A DNA stretch of 63,979 nucleotides, filler included, from Polymyxa betae A26-41 (taxonomy: Eukaryota > Protista > Endomyxa: Phytomyxea): NCBI GenBank assembly GCA_003693705.1. It is 5 parts of 5 records of this genome, joined end to end, with 100 filler letters (N's around TTAATTAATTAA, not from the genome) between each part and the next. Parts side by side here need not be neighbours in the genome. Positions count along the whole stretch, not along the records: positions 30,021 to 38,332 come from RBZT01000244.1; positions 38,433 to 58,902 come from RBZT01000213.1; 3 more parts are not named here. One strand, given 5' to 3'. The notes under the pieces were generated by a model. That model searched no databases and was not told the origin of the DNA. It saw only the letters and a program-made list of their open reading frames with translations. The translations under genes were made by a program, and so were the position numbers. Of the stretch, positions 36,880 to 49,410 are shown one piece after another; positions within the stretch are counted from its first letter, which is position 1; the number at the start of each line of letters is the position of its first letter.

Positions 36880-37812
36880 CTAATTGTCAGGAGTGTGATC
36901 GAGCCTGTAATAACAATCACTGAATATCTTGTAGAGAAACGATTGAAGGCGGACAGATCCGCCAAATAGTCGATCGGCGGACCAAACGTTGCATGTTCTC
37001 ACAATGTGACTGAGAACAGATCGATTCCAATGCAGATTGATTTCCAGTACGACATTTCGGAACAGCTCGGAGAATTCCACATCTGTGATGTCGCACTGGA
37101 AATCGATTTTTCCGACGTCTTTTTTATGAGAAATTTGTCGAGTCACGTAACAATAAACAGCAATCAGCTGCCAGAACCTGTCCGCGGACGGCAATTTCAT
37201 GATATCTTGAAATTTTTTTAGCTTGGAAAAGTCACAGAGCGCGTCGATGTTTTCTGCGATGTAGTTTTTCACAGCGTGAAACGTTTTTTCCAGCGGATAT
37301 TTCTGACAGAAAATGGCCACATCCAGCGCATTCTCCGAATCGAACGCGATCGAGCTCAGAATGTCATCACCCGATTTCATCATCGTATCGCATACAAGAT
37401 AATCGGAGATTTTGGCCATGACGAAGATATCTTCCAAGCAACGACCATCAAGGTCGCTCAATCCGTACAGAATTTTCAGGAATTTCTCGAAAAAGTCCGC
37501 AATTTTGAACGCTCTCCAGCTCTTGAAGGGAATCGCGACATCAATATCCGGAATAGGAATTTGTATCCGCGGTTTTGAGCCGTCTTGTGAGACCGTATTA
37601 TCGAAGGTCGATGGCGACGGGTATAGAAACCGTTCCACCAGCCGACTGCCGGGGGCCAGTACGGCCCGATGCCCGAAGAACTTGACCCCGTTGACCATGA
37701 GAATCAGGTCGCTGCTGGACGCTTGATTGAACAGCGCCTGGACGGTCTTAACAGCATTGAAGACGGAGTCCGGGTGTCCGGATAGGTTGCGAGATTCGTT
37801 AATGTTACACAT
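36880..37812 (-). CDS. BTB/POZ domain protein
   Basis: SDLILMVNGVKFFGHRAVLA...F.KFLKILYG...ISDYLVC...ENALDV...YIAEN: BTB followed by BACK-like helices. Confidence 0.85.
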   Translation of the reverse strand: MCNINESRNLSGHPDSVFNAVKTVQALFNQASSSDLILMVNGVKFFGHRAVLAPGSRLVERFLYPSPSTFDNTVSQDGSKPRIQIPIPDIDVAIPFKSWRAFKIADFFEKFLKILYGLSDLDGRCLEDIFVMAKISDYLVCDTMMKSGDDILSSIAFDSENALDVAIFCQKYPLEKTFHAVKNYIAENIDALCDFSKLKKFQDIMKLPSADRFWQLIAVYCYVTRQISHKKDVGKIDFQCDITDVEFSELFRNVVLEINLHWNRSVLSHIVRTCNVWSADRLFGGSVRLQSFLYKIFSDCYYRLDHTPDN

Positions 37813-38332
37813 GGGGCGACGCTCGTTGTGGAGGAGTGACGGTTCACGACGGCGAGATTCTACGGACTTGGATCAGCCCCCTCTGACAACAGTTAAGTTC
37901 CATCCATGCTACATGCGAGCATGGAGGTGGGCGGGCTGCTCCCCTATTAGGGTTTGGTGACTGATGCCACTGTAAGGAGAACCGTCATACAGCTTCCTGT
38001 TTGAAAATATCTGAAGCGCTTGTAAGGCCTTTTAAAAGCAAAATATGACAGCAGGCTCTCTCCGGTATGGTATCAAACATGGATAAAGACTGCAGCAATG
38101 ACTCCGAAATCTCAAGAGCCTTTGACAGATTTCATCAATAAAAGTCATTCATTATTCGATCATCTGGCGATTTTGCTATGAATACATAGAGCGATGGCAG
38201 CTTCTTCCATACAGACTTGCAGACAAATCCGATTCTGGAAAATTACGCTCTCTTTCCAGAACGGATTTCGATCATGTCGAAATCCTTTGGATTGATGATT
38301 CCATCTTTCATCGGTCGAACGTTTTGTCCACT

Positions 38333-38432
38333 NNNNNNNNNNNNNNNNNNNNNNNNNNNNNNNNNNNNNNNNNNNNTTAATTAATTAANNNNNNNNNNNN
38401 NNNNNNNNNNNNNNNNNNNNNNNNNNNNNNNN
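38333..38432. other. Assembly gap spacer
   Basis: N44-TTAATTAATTAA-N44. Confidence 0.97.
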
Positions 38433-38514
38433 TAAAATGAGGACATATTTTGAGGAGGGGAGTGTATCAGATTTATTAAAATAATAATATAAAATTCTGA
38501 ATTCCCAAAAAAAC

Positions 38515-38780
38515 AGCGTACGCAGTTTGACGAACTGCGCACGCAATGGCTCCTGATGACGGACGCATAAATCTGATGCATAACAAAGATGCGAACCTGA
38601 TGGAAGTATGACGACGTACCTTAATATTAATAGGCTCGACCCCCGAGAGGTCCGTACGGATGCCGTACGGACCGAGCTGGATTTGGGTCCTGGGATTCGA
38701 GCTGGAATAAATCAGAGTTGATAACGAGCTGTAATTCGTGTGTGTCAATTTAGTAGCGTATCGCGATTGGAGGATCCGCT
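38515..38780. repeat. Dispersed repeat with perfect 11-bp hairpin, copy 2
   Basis: GGTCCGTACGG-ATG-CCGTACGGACC at 38649-38673; flanks similar to 16560..16815. Confidence 0.7.
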
Positions 38781-39627
38781 CCAAACGGCCCCGGTTTTCA
38801 AAATTTCGAAATTCTCTCGCAGTTTTAATGGTTTTTCGTTGTAAGGAGACCGTCGGTTTGCACCAATAGGCGCACATTTAGGTTTTTCACCGAAAAAATA
38901 AAGTCCGTCGGTGCAGGCCAAAATATGCGCAGTCAGAAAAGTCCGGTGACGGCGCATTTCATTTTGGACATGGTACAAATCATCCACGTGCGGTGCGGCC
39001 TACTTCAATCGTTTGGCATGCCACGAACACGAAAGCGTTTCGCTCACCTGGCTCGAATGAACGTGGCAAGAAATATCAGGGCTTCTGAGGGCGGCGTCGC
39101 TGCTGCTATTATTGCGAATTTGATTTCATTGCAATGTTTTGGGGTGCTGTTAAACTCTACACACGTTTGCATTGCAATTTTTCTTTTAAAGGTTTGGTCA
39201 AAATTACACTTTGCTTTATCTTCTGTTTCCATTATCCAGATTCGCCGATTTGCTCGAAAATGCTTTAGGTTGGAAATTTTTGGCATAATGATATTTGTTT
39301 GCTTAACTGTTCATTACTTTTGATCTATGGATGCATATCGGGAGAAAATGGAGAGTTTAACAGTTAAAGATTTGGAGCGTGCTGTCCGCAAGTTCAAAAG
39401 TCACCGAACGAATCCGTTGTGGTGATATAGAGAGAACTTTTAGATAAAAACTGGGATTTTGCGATCGCAATTTTTAATGCGCACTCACGCAAAATGTTTT
39501 TTGCGAACGCACTTTTGGATTCAGTTTGCACCATCCCGGTCAGTTTATGACTGTTAAAATGTCCGCGACGGTATATGCAAAAATGTACATTTCGTTACCT
39601 TGACATTGTTTTCAGGCCGAAGTCATT

Positions 39628-40418
39628 GTGGCTGGTTATACCTCCAAGCTGCAGGTACTTGATGTAGGTATTAACCGACCGTTTAAATTCCACTTTCAAC
39701 AGAAGCATACCGAGTGTCTTATCAATCGGACAGCGCCGAATGAGAAACCTCGTCGGCAGGACATCGCTCACTGGGCGTTGTACGCCTGGAGCCAGGTATC
39801 GACTGCCGCAATTGTTAACACATGGAACCATGTGGGAATTAAGGCTGCCTCACAAGAGTGACAGTGTTTTTTATTCTAATAAAGGAATAGCATCCAGGAT
39901 CACGCACCACGCCATTCCACAATTTCGGGCATCTTTTCGACGTTTGTGGGAATTATCGGAAATGGAATATAATTCTACCACCTGAGCGAACTTCCCAACA
40001 AATCGCTCGCGAATAGGCATGCAGCTCTTGGGGAGGAATGCGACACGACAAGATTCGTTACCGCTGATTACTGCATGGGCGGCCACTGCTTCTTCGATTA
40101 AACCATTCCCTAGTTAAGAGAATCGTGTAAACAGGGGTTAATGCTTATAGAAAAAAATTGGAACAGCTACTCTCAATGACTGTGAATTTGAACCGCAACA
40201 GCGTGCCGACACCGACTACCACCCCACAGGCCTCATGCAGCTCACACGAGCGCCCATTCTCAGGCTTTCGAAGGCCAACGAACTCAGCGTTGGCTTGCGA
40301 CATTTTTCCTCTCTTTGCACCGACGATAGAGATGCTGAAATTCCGTAACGAGCGCAATAAAAATGTGCACCATTGGGGCTATTTGGGCAAAGGGGTTATT
40401 CCGGCAAGAATTACGGTA
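39628..40418 (+). mobile_element. pogo/Tigger-family element, right-hand remnant
   Basis: GYTSKLQVLDVGINRPFK...AWSQV...IVNTW is a DDE_1 C-terminus. The right end reads TACCGTAATTCTTGCCGGAATAACCCC on the minus strand (TA plus TIR-like). Confidence 0.75.
39871..40303 (-). CDS. Intact two-exon 123-aa accessory protein inside the pogo element
   Basis: Removing the GT-AG intron at 40170..40110 joins MSQANAEFVG...GRSCELHEACG in frame to EEAVAAH...CRVAFLP...KFAQVVELY...RNCGMA. Confidence 0.75.
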
Positions 40419-41919
40419 AAGAAAGAGAGGCAGAAGAAAACATTGATCAAGCGACCAGTGGAGCAAATCATGCCGAAATGACCCTGGGGCCAGGAACGGG
40501 TGGGGTAGGGCAGAATCCTGGGCGTCGTCGGAAAAATCAGAGCGCGACCCGATACAGGATAACAGCCAAAAATTACAAATAGTTGTAACTTGTAGACTGG
40601 AAATCCAACTGGATTGTAAAACTCTCTTCCATCATGCTGCCGCCAGGAATTCGAGTAGCTTTTGGAGGCTCGTCATGTTTTCATCCAGGTGATAATGGGT
40701 TACTTTGGGATCAGATTTTGCTCCAGAATGAACTGTTTCCTCTTAGGGACTATGGCACTCCTTCTTTGAAACATTTTTAAGTCCATAAGACTAACAAGAC
40801 GTCTCAGGAATAAGTTTCTAATCACATGTTACAATGGTGATGAATGTCGTCAGGTATGGTGGCGTCAAACCGTCCTGGCCTCAAAGCTCACCCTGCTGAA
40901 CTCCGGGAAGCTTCGCTGTAATTATCGGGCAATGGCCGCAAATTTGGTCGACATTCAGGGAGGCAGAGCGGCGGGGCACGGAGCGGATTGGAGAGAGAGA
41001 GACGGAGGCGAGCGGTGAGAGGATCGGAGCGGAGCGCAGGTGTGGGCAAACCTCTGAATTTTGGAATTGATCGGAATAAACCCGAGAGGGGCGCCGTTCC
41101 TCACCATTCATAATTGGGAGCCGGGACCCGCTCCCCTATTAGGATGTCAGCTGGTGTGCAGCCCACTGCGCAGCCCCTCGGGGCGACTGCGCGTACTGTC
41201 ATGCTCAGGGTGCATGACTGATGACATTTAATAGTAGTCGCTGGTCCCTCAGGGCCTTGTCGATCTCTCTGCCATCGAATTCGCTCTGCGTCTGGGGAAG
41301 CCATCTTAACCCCCAACGGCCAACATACCGTATTCGGATTTGGACGCGTCCAGTACCTTTGGGACAATATAAAAAATTGATGCAAAATCCGTGGCAGAAA
41401 TGACAGTCTAGCAATAGTTGAGCATCTGGAGAAATTTAGGGTTTAGGTTTCGCGTCAAGCACGCAAGCCAGCAATGTTTTTCACTGTCGCACAGCAATCA
41501 GTGAAGCCACACCGCAGGGCCTTGATTGCGGTCCTCCAATGCTATCAGCTGAGCATGCCATGCTTTGCCTGATCTGCGCCTATGATCGCTTCGAGTTGAT
41601 GCCGCCGGCAGCCTCGATCGTGAGTCCGCAATTTCAAGCCGAGCTCGATATCATCACGTTCCAATTCATCCCACCTCAATCGATCCGTGTATTGAAATTC
41701 TTGATGTCCTTCTACAATTTCCAGTACGGCCATGCAGTAGTTGGTCCGAATCGTGAACTTTGTCGTAATGGTGACGGCCGCGAGAACCTGAACGCCGTCT
41801 CCCCAAAAGCAAACGCTGATACACCAGCCTGATCCAGGTCGTACTGACCCCCGTCTGATTCGCCTGCGCCTTCATCATCTGCATATTGTGAGATATAGTT
41901 CAACTTTAAACCATTTATG

Positions 41920-42381
41920 TCATAATGTTACACAATTATCTACAGATACATTTGTAGGGTTCATCACGACTTGAGAGTTGTGAAGATGTTCTGTATTAAG
42001 TACGGATCGGTCTCGGCGCTGTATATACAGCAAGAAGCCGATGGCTGCCACCCAGACGGCCCAGAGAACCAGTAAGGGATGGGCAACGCTACCCGGCAGG
42101 ATATGTTCGCATAGTAACGGGATCACATAGGCTGGAATATAGTGCAGTGCGAAGAGCACCAGATTGAATATGACACGGATTATGCATTTCTGGCCAGGGT
42201 TTAGGGTTTGATTAGGAAACGCGCTGTCATTACGTACCTTTATGTCTCGGGTAGTGACCCCAATAATGCAGTAGACAATATAGAGGATATAGAGGGATAT
42301 AAGAATGATACTGGCAATATCTGGTATAGTATGTGTGATCCATAAAGGGAGAACTATAAAAGGAAGCAAATCAAACAGCAC
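41920..42381 (-). CDS. Small multi-pass membrane protein, function unknown
   Basis: 153-aa ORF with about four hydrophobic segments. Confidence 0.45.
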   Translation of the reverse strand: MLFDLLPFIVLPLWITHTIPDIASIILISLYILYIVYCIIGVTTRDIKVRNDSAFPNQTLNPGQKCIIRVIFNLVLFALHYIPAYVIPLLCEHILPGSVAHPLLVLWAVWVAAIGFLLYIQRRDRSVLNTEHLHNSQVVMNPTNVSVDNCVTL

Positions 42382-42657
42382 TGCAACAGTCGTCGGGATA
42401 TTAGGCTATCAACAAATCAGCATGAAAGTGACCTTAATAAAATGCCAAAAACAACAAAAACTGGAATTCTTGAAGCTCAATTTGCAAAGATTTTGGTAAA
42501 TCCAGAGAGCAGTGACGAGCAAAGAGTGGATTGAATAATCGGTACGCACAAGATTTACTAAAAGTTGATCTGGAAGCGGGACCTCCTGTGAGCAATTAAT
42601 ACCGCTGTATCAAGCCCATAGAATATCTTCGTAGATTTACCTGGCCAAAAAGTGGTT

Positions 42658-43294
42658 CTAGAAGGTCCGATGATGTCTATCATAAACCGATTTAGAAGTA
42701 GTCCAATATGACATCAAATAAGCATGAACCTGATGGAGGAGTCCGGGTGATTGATGATCCCGCAAATTTTGACGATATTCAATACTAAGATCGATCAGGT
42801 TCTTGTACGACCACCGCTCTAAATCACGCCCTGACCAGACACGGAAAAACACCGTCACCAAAATCTGAATGCGAAAAAAGCCACGAAAATCAGCCTCTAA
42901 AATACCTGATATCTGATCAAAAAGTTCAACGGGCTCAAGACGAGAGAACTCCTCATTGTCTGGGCCAGTACGTCCTGCAGCCACACCAACAACAGGATGG
43001 CGCGGACCAGCACGTGTGCTTTCGGTTCAAGCGGCATTCGACCCGGATGATGGGTGCGAGTGAGGAACGGTTTGGCACGGCTTCATACAAAAGCCGTGCG
43101 CAGCCCCTTCCTTTGTCGTCCGCCGCCGATTTGTGCGACAATCTCGCCTCACATTGGCCGACGAGGAGGGGCATGTTTTCCAGGTTTCGTGGGAGGACGC
43201 TTCCAGCCCAGAAAGAGACCGCATGAGGATCGAACATGCGGAAGCAGCATGGGCATACTGCCCCCGGAATTGCATCCCTGCGGATGAAATCCAT
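42658..43294 (-). CDS. Cys-rich hypothetical protein (frameshifted or spliced)
   Basis: Adjacent ORFs 42953..43336 (CPCC, CxxxxxHxC) and 42658..42984, in a locally GC-rich stretch. Confidence 0.3.
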
Positions 43295-44219
43295 AATAGC
43301 AATGATATTGACGTTTCGAAGGCAGGCGATTATCATATCTATTCATTTGCTTAGAGCGATGAAGGCTCACGAATATTTGCGAATAGATTTGGTGAAAATT
43401 CGCGTCATTATCCCTGACGAATTCGATTCTCTTGATTCCGCTAGACCGGGTACACAAAATTATGTAGCAATAAGCTAGAAAACTTTGATATGTAATTTGC
43501 TTGTTTTCGTAATGGAAGTGGTATCAGAAAAGAATCGAAGGTCTCCCAAGAATATCAAACGAAAATGCCCAGTGAGAAATGAGTTTCTGCGTTTATAATA
43601 AACCAGCGCACCTACCTCAATCAGAAACTTATAGCATAAATTCCATAAAAACGTTCCCCCATGACCTTCACGAGGAGAATGAGCGTACGGGACTCTCGCG
43701 GATTCGTCAAATTCATTCCTTCAAGAGTTCATGAGATGATCAAGCTCAGCAAGAATGGCGATTAAAAGGATCCAACATCATGAATGAAGGATTATTTCCC
43801 CGATGTAAAGGATAAATGGACGACTCGCGACCTACAAAAACTTGCACAAAAAACTGTCGACATACCTGCAAGCGGATGGTGATAATTTCTCGGATGCTAA
43901 TACGTCTGATGCATGTAAATATTGGTTGGTAAGATCTTTAATTCAGAGTCCCGAGATCTATCTGGATGGTGAAATCCGTAAACGAGAGGTATTGTCAGTT
44001 CCATGGTGTTTTTGATGACAGCTATAATACACAGGAACAGGCTGGTCGCTTCTCGTGCTCTGTGCCACCAGATTTTGAACGCCCAAATGTCGAACCTAAT
44101 ATGGTACTTTGTCTCTATAATCATTCGAGCTGGCCCACGCCCTGCACGCTTTCTGTCAAAACTTTATTTATCGTTTATGCGTGACACATAGACGAGATGA
44201 ATTTGCAAGTTTCCTTTGC

Positions 44220-44430
44220 TTTTAATGGACTACTAATTCGGTGCCTCGATAGCCCAAACTAACTATTTCGCCTCAGAACTGAACCAGTCCTGCACGACGT
44301 CCTGCAGATAAACATCCTGTTTGCTTTGCCTCTGTTGGCGTTAAAACTTTCGCTTTAAGTTTCATATTGTGCATAGGGATCTGCAAGTGCTTTTCGTCAA
44401 AAGAAGGCTCTGGATGGTGCTGCAAACACA
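44220..44430 (+). pseudogene. Possible MULE transposase remnant (SWIM finger)
   Basis: WTTNSV followed about 150 bp later by CKCFSSKEGSGWCCKH (CxCxnCxH). Confidence 0.4.
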
Positions 44431-45144
44431 GTCATTCCGATGAGCAGCGGAACCTGTTCCGTAATTATAAGCCGTCATGTTTCACAGACTTCCCGCATTG
44501 ACTACAAACGGCTCTCCTCTCTACCACCTGATGAGCGAATTGTCAATGACGCTTCAGATTATAAAGCTTTGGAAACCTGTGTCAGCATAGCTAAGGTGTC
44601 AGACCATTGTTATTCCTAGGACGGATTGTCTTTGAGCACAGAGCCGCGCTCATATTTTCGAATTCGATAGTAACTGTGAGATTGGCGCATAAAACCCATG
44701 GCAGTTGACCTCTCATTAAAACAAATCGATTTATGGTAGTTTTTTCTCTTTCGCAAAATCTTACAGTTACCTATACTGTATAACTCAAAAGTTGAAACTC
44801 TCTAGGTAGATTTCTATAAATCATGATTTTCAGCAATTATATGTTATAGGATGGTCTCTTTCAAATAGCATTTCAATGCGTCTTTTCTCAAATTTATTTT
44901 CGTTTCTGAAATATTTTATTGGGTTTGGCTTTTGACTTTAAAGTGAAACGACTTTCTATACGCATTCGGCATTTCTACCATCTATTTTAGAAATTGTTTG
45001 AATTATTATGGAACTATATGCACAACTCGGCGTTCATCGGAGTAGAATATATGTTCACCGATTTCCACAAATTGGGCGTTCATCGGAGTAGAACTGATTG
45101 TTCCAGATAAATGCGTATGTAGAATTTCATATACATATTTAGAG

Positions 45145-45540
45145 ATGGAGGCGCGAGGGTTCCAGGACCTAAACTGCGATGAGAACCCCGAAGACGAGTC
45201 CACAATGGTGCGGATCGCGATTCGGTTCACGAACGACACGACTCCTGCCGAAAGGTCGGCTGCTCTTACCACTATGCTGGCCTTCGCTGACACCAGCACT
45301 CGCCGGCCACTTCGCATTGTCAATGGACGCCCTGATGCTCACTTTCCAAGCCCCCTACCAGATCCAGGCGCTGGAGGGGAATGCGTTCTGCATTTCGCAT
45401 CTGGAGTTCAGGCGGCCGAGTTTGAGCATTGGCTGGCGCGGCATGGACATCAGCATGGCGGCCTGCAATCCGCAGGACCCCGTCGGCACACATATGACAT
45501 CATGATTGACAGCCATCCTTGGCATTCAGTCCATACCTGA
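45145..45540 (+). CDS. Hypothetical 131-aa protein, tandem copy A
   Basis: Intact ATG-to-stop ORF; paralogue of identical length 707 bp downstream. Confidence 0.65.
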   Translation: MEARGFQDLNCDENPEDESTMVRIAIRFTNDTTPAERSAALTTMLAFADTSTRRPLRIVNGRPDAHFPSPLPDPGAGGECVLHFASGVQAAEFEHWLARHGHQHGGLQSAGPRRHTYDIMIDSHPWHSVHT

Positions 45541-45851
45541 AGCCACTTCAATAACATACAGCAATTATGAAGAATTGCGATGCAAATTTGATTTTTACAA
45601 ACTTTTATCAGGAGTTGAAGGCGGAAAACAGGTTGCATACCAACAGCAGCACTTTCCATAGGCATTTCTACCATCTTTTCTATTTTTTTTTCAAAAACAT
45701 CAGTTCACCATGGATATTGGAATGTTATCAGTTCGGCGTTCATCAGAGTTAGATAGTCTGTTCACCATGGCATTTTATCCACAAATTGGGCGTTCATCGG
45801 AGTAGAGCTATTTGCCCAGAAAATAGCCAAAAATTTCACATATAATTCAAA

Positions 45852-46247
45852 ATGGAGGCGCGAGTGTCCCGGGAGCTTAACTGCGATGATAACCGCGAAG
45901 ACGAATCCAAAATGGTGCGGATTGCGATTCGGTTCACGAACGACACGACTCCTGCCGAAAGATCGGCCGCTCTTACCACTATGCTGGCCATTGCTGATAC
46001 CAGTACAAGCCGGCCGCTTCGTATTGTCAACGGACGACCCGATGCTCACTTCCCAAGTCCCCGACCAGATCCAGGCGCTGGTGCCGAATCCGCTCAGCAT
46101 TTCGCATTTGGAGTTCAGGCGGCAAAATTCGAGCAGTGGCTGGCGCAGCATGGACTTCAGCAAGGCGGCCTGCAATCAGCAGGACCCCTTAGACACACGT
46201 ATGACATCATGATTGATAGTCATCCTTGGCATTCAGTTTATACATGA
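45852..46247 (+). CDS. Hypothetical 131-aa protein, tandem copy B
   Basis: Intact ORF, highly similar to 45145..45540. Confidence 0.65.
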   Translation: MEARVSRELNCDDNREDESKMVRIAIRFTNDTTPAERSAALTTMLAIADTSTSRPLRIVNGRPDAHFPSPRPDPGAGAESAQHFAFGVQAAKFEQWLAQHGLQQGGLQSAGPLRHTYDIMIDSHPWHSVYT

Positions 46248-46479
46248 AGTCATTAATATGCAGCCATTATAATGAATTATGTCAATTGGATTTTTGGATT
46301 TCGATTTTTTGGAAAATGACGAAGAGTTGATAGCAGGTGCTGCTGCCAGCATCCATGTTTCAGATCCTAACCCACACAGCTCCATAATTATAACATGATT
46401 TTCATACAAGATGGAAAGTAAAAATCGCCACTTCCAATTATGAGAACCGAACTTCGGCACAGGGTACTGACAACCGAAG

Positions 46480-46770
46480 ACGTACGAAGTTATCATAGAG
46501 CGTGAACTAAAACAGGCTCTGAAAGCAGCCAACAACCGGACGGCACCGGGACCAGACAAAATTTCTGAAAGAAATTTGAAATCAGCGAGCGAAACCCAGG
46601 ATTTTTTTGGATCTAATATTATGCGCAATTAACCATATAAAAACTGGGGACTACCCCACTGAACTCAAAACTGCTCGAATTGTCGCACTACCAAAAGACA
46701 AGCCAAGAGACTTTCGACCAATTAGTCTCCTTTCCAACATCTATAAAATCACTGAATACATAATCCAAAC
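46480..46770 (+). mobile_element. Non-LTR retrotransposon reverse transcriptase N-terminal fragment
   Basis: ELKQALK...TAPGPDKI; GDYPTELKTARIVALPK...DFRPISLLSNIYK. Confidence 0.85.
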
Positions 46771-46809
46771 ATTCCCATGGTTCGATAAATCCACTTTTCA
46801 ATCTCAAGC

Positions 46810-48562
46810 ATAAAAAAATGAAGCTTCAAGGCTCTGATAGGACTGAGTGAAATTTGCCATTGTTTTACTGATTGACAACTTTTGCTCGAGTTTACTGGAT
46901 TTGGACAGAGTATTTACTTTTGTCACTGGCATTGAGTGTCTCATAACCGCACTCTGTATTCTTGCCATTATGCCTAGAACAAAGCAAATGAAACCGACTA
47001 TGCGGAAACGGATTTCCCCATCGAGTTTGAAACATCCGAAGATCGTTCTGACAGCATAATCGAAGACATGAAAGTACTGGGTAACATGTTCGCTGTAGCC
47101 AGTGCTCACAGTCTTCACGTTTCATGTTCAAACTCGGGTCGGTAATCTTGCCCCGAACTATTTTCAGACATAAACTGGCCACCAATATCAACTTCTGTAA
47201 CGTGGTCTCCGAAGAGGACATTTCCGAGGTTTCCGTCAATATGATCTCATCATCGAGAACTTTGATAATAATGGGGCCTTTCGCAGCGTGTTTTCTGGCA
47301 TTTGATGGGAACAATATGTTTGTATCAGTAAGAAACGAGTACTCGTCATCATCAGGCTTCTTTTTCTGAATTACAGATTCAGTGTAAGATTCCCCATTCA
47401 ATAGGAATAAATCTCACCAGAAAAGCACACAGAGTATTGTAGTCCGTGATCTTTTCGACATCAAAATTAAAGAATCTCAGAACTTGAGGCAGAGAGCTAA
47501 ACACAGGCAGATTGAGTTCTTTTGGTGGTGAACTAAACTTCATCCGTTTCAAGCACGGATTTTCATCGTTTTGAAGATCAGGACGGTGAATAGAGATGGA
47601 AGAACTATCTCGGAACAGATTCATCAAATGATCAGCAGCTGACAGCTTCGATCGGCATTCATCTCCAGAGCATTCTTTATGAAGGTTCCGATGATTGAAT
47701 GGATTCCCCCAGAGTGTCTGAAATATCCAGAGATCTTTCTGACAGCATTCCATGACACATCGGAGTATACAGCCATTGACAATAATTCCCATCAACATTC
47801 TTCCAAGAAAATTCATACTCCTGGGAGGCCCAGATCAATTTCCGATACAGATTCGCAATCAGAATCAGCTTCTGTAATGTGCTCGGGGCATAACGGATTC
47901 GTTTGATTTCGCTCACATCCAGATAATGTCCTTTCACATTGATAATAAATTGCGACTTTTTCTTGGAGAATTGAACTGCATCATCATCGGACTCTGAAGA
48001 CAGAGAATGAAGTTCTTCATCATTCGGCACTTTGATCTATATTCTACAATCAATATACAGAGGGACAAAGCGCTCCTTAAAATTCACCAGAAACTGGCAG
48101 AGACTGTTATAATCACAAATATCAGTAACATCATGATCGAAGGAAGACAGAAAGTCGGTTCGCCATGGTGTCTCGTCAATACGAGAACGTTTCCGGGAGA
48201 TAATTCCAACTGGTTCATCATTCTGGTTATGAAAATATCAGATTCGTCTAAACATGAGACTTGATAAGGAAACATTACATTGATAGTTTCATGAATGGAA
48301 CGAAGAGATGAACTATTGTCTGTATGATGAAATAAAATGTTGATGTTGCAATATCAGGTAAATAAGATGTGAATTCATTCTGACACAGAAACCCTACTCC
48401 TGTGTCTGTGAGATCGGGATGATAGACCTCATTGAGATCGGGAGGATAGACAGTAACATGAGAGTTTTCCAAAGCGTCTGTAACATTACTTGACTCTAGA
48501 AGGAAGGCAGCGAAGCACTGAGATAGGCTCAGTATCAGGGGGGGAATCGCTGCCCCCACCAT
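46810..48562 (-). CDS. Secreted Cys-repeat protein family, diverged member
   Basis: MVGAAIPPLILSLSQCFA N-terminus; two TLQKLIL...CCQ[KN]DL..FQT[LR]WGNPF.H units; ITDYN[ST]LC.FL linkers ending at GT donors. One frameshift near 47800. Confidence 0.75.
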
Positions 48563-49410
48563 TTCCAGGCAAAAGAGAATCTGATCGCCGGACTTTGGCC
48601 CAGTGAAACTTTTTCGTAATATAGCGGAATACAATTCTGCGCTCAGTTTTTGCTGAATACTAAAAAAGGGTGGCCGTATTTATAATGTTTCAAAGTACTG
48701 TAGGATGGAATCGGGACGAGTGGATGAGTTTGAAGAACTCCGCACACTTCTTCGTCCCTTGATGCAAAAGGTTTTGATATTTACAGAATCGAAATAATGA
48801 CTTGCATCACTCTCAAAAAGTCTGTTTATAAAAAAGTGCGCCGCAGTTCCTCTTGAATCTCACTGCAAAATCAAGATAAGAAAACAGTGTGAAAGTTTTC
48901 ATCCCGGTTTTTCGATTTGCAGTGTTTTGCGGCCAAAGTAAAATTCCAAAACCATTTTGCGTAAAAAGTAGGATGAGTTTACGGCCAACCTTTCTGATTT
49001 ATCACATTGATGCGGAAAGCAGATCTAATAGAGTAGATTGCGTTGCGAAGCGAAAAAGCCATAACAATCTCGAAGATGCTTGTCACAACTCATTATGAAT
49101 AAATGAAATGGTGATGGTAGCACATAGCGGGACCCCCTGGACATGATCTCTGGGAAAAATGGCGAAACTACAGAGACGCAGTTTCATATGGTAAAAGTTT
49201 CTCAGTGTTAATTAGAAACTCACTTCTTGCATCATACTCGAACCTTGTAGCGGGTTTATTACGATAAGACTACGATCAGGCGTGAGATTAAGAGGGATTT
49301 GCCTGCTGAACTAGATCGTTGGTCCGCGATCATCTCTGATGGCATTACTGTAGGAGACAGCTCTCTGCTGAAATTCAGAATCGAGAGGAGCATTTTGGGA
49401 TTCGAGTATC

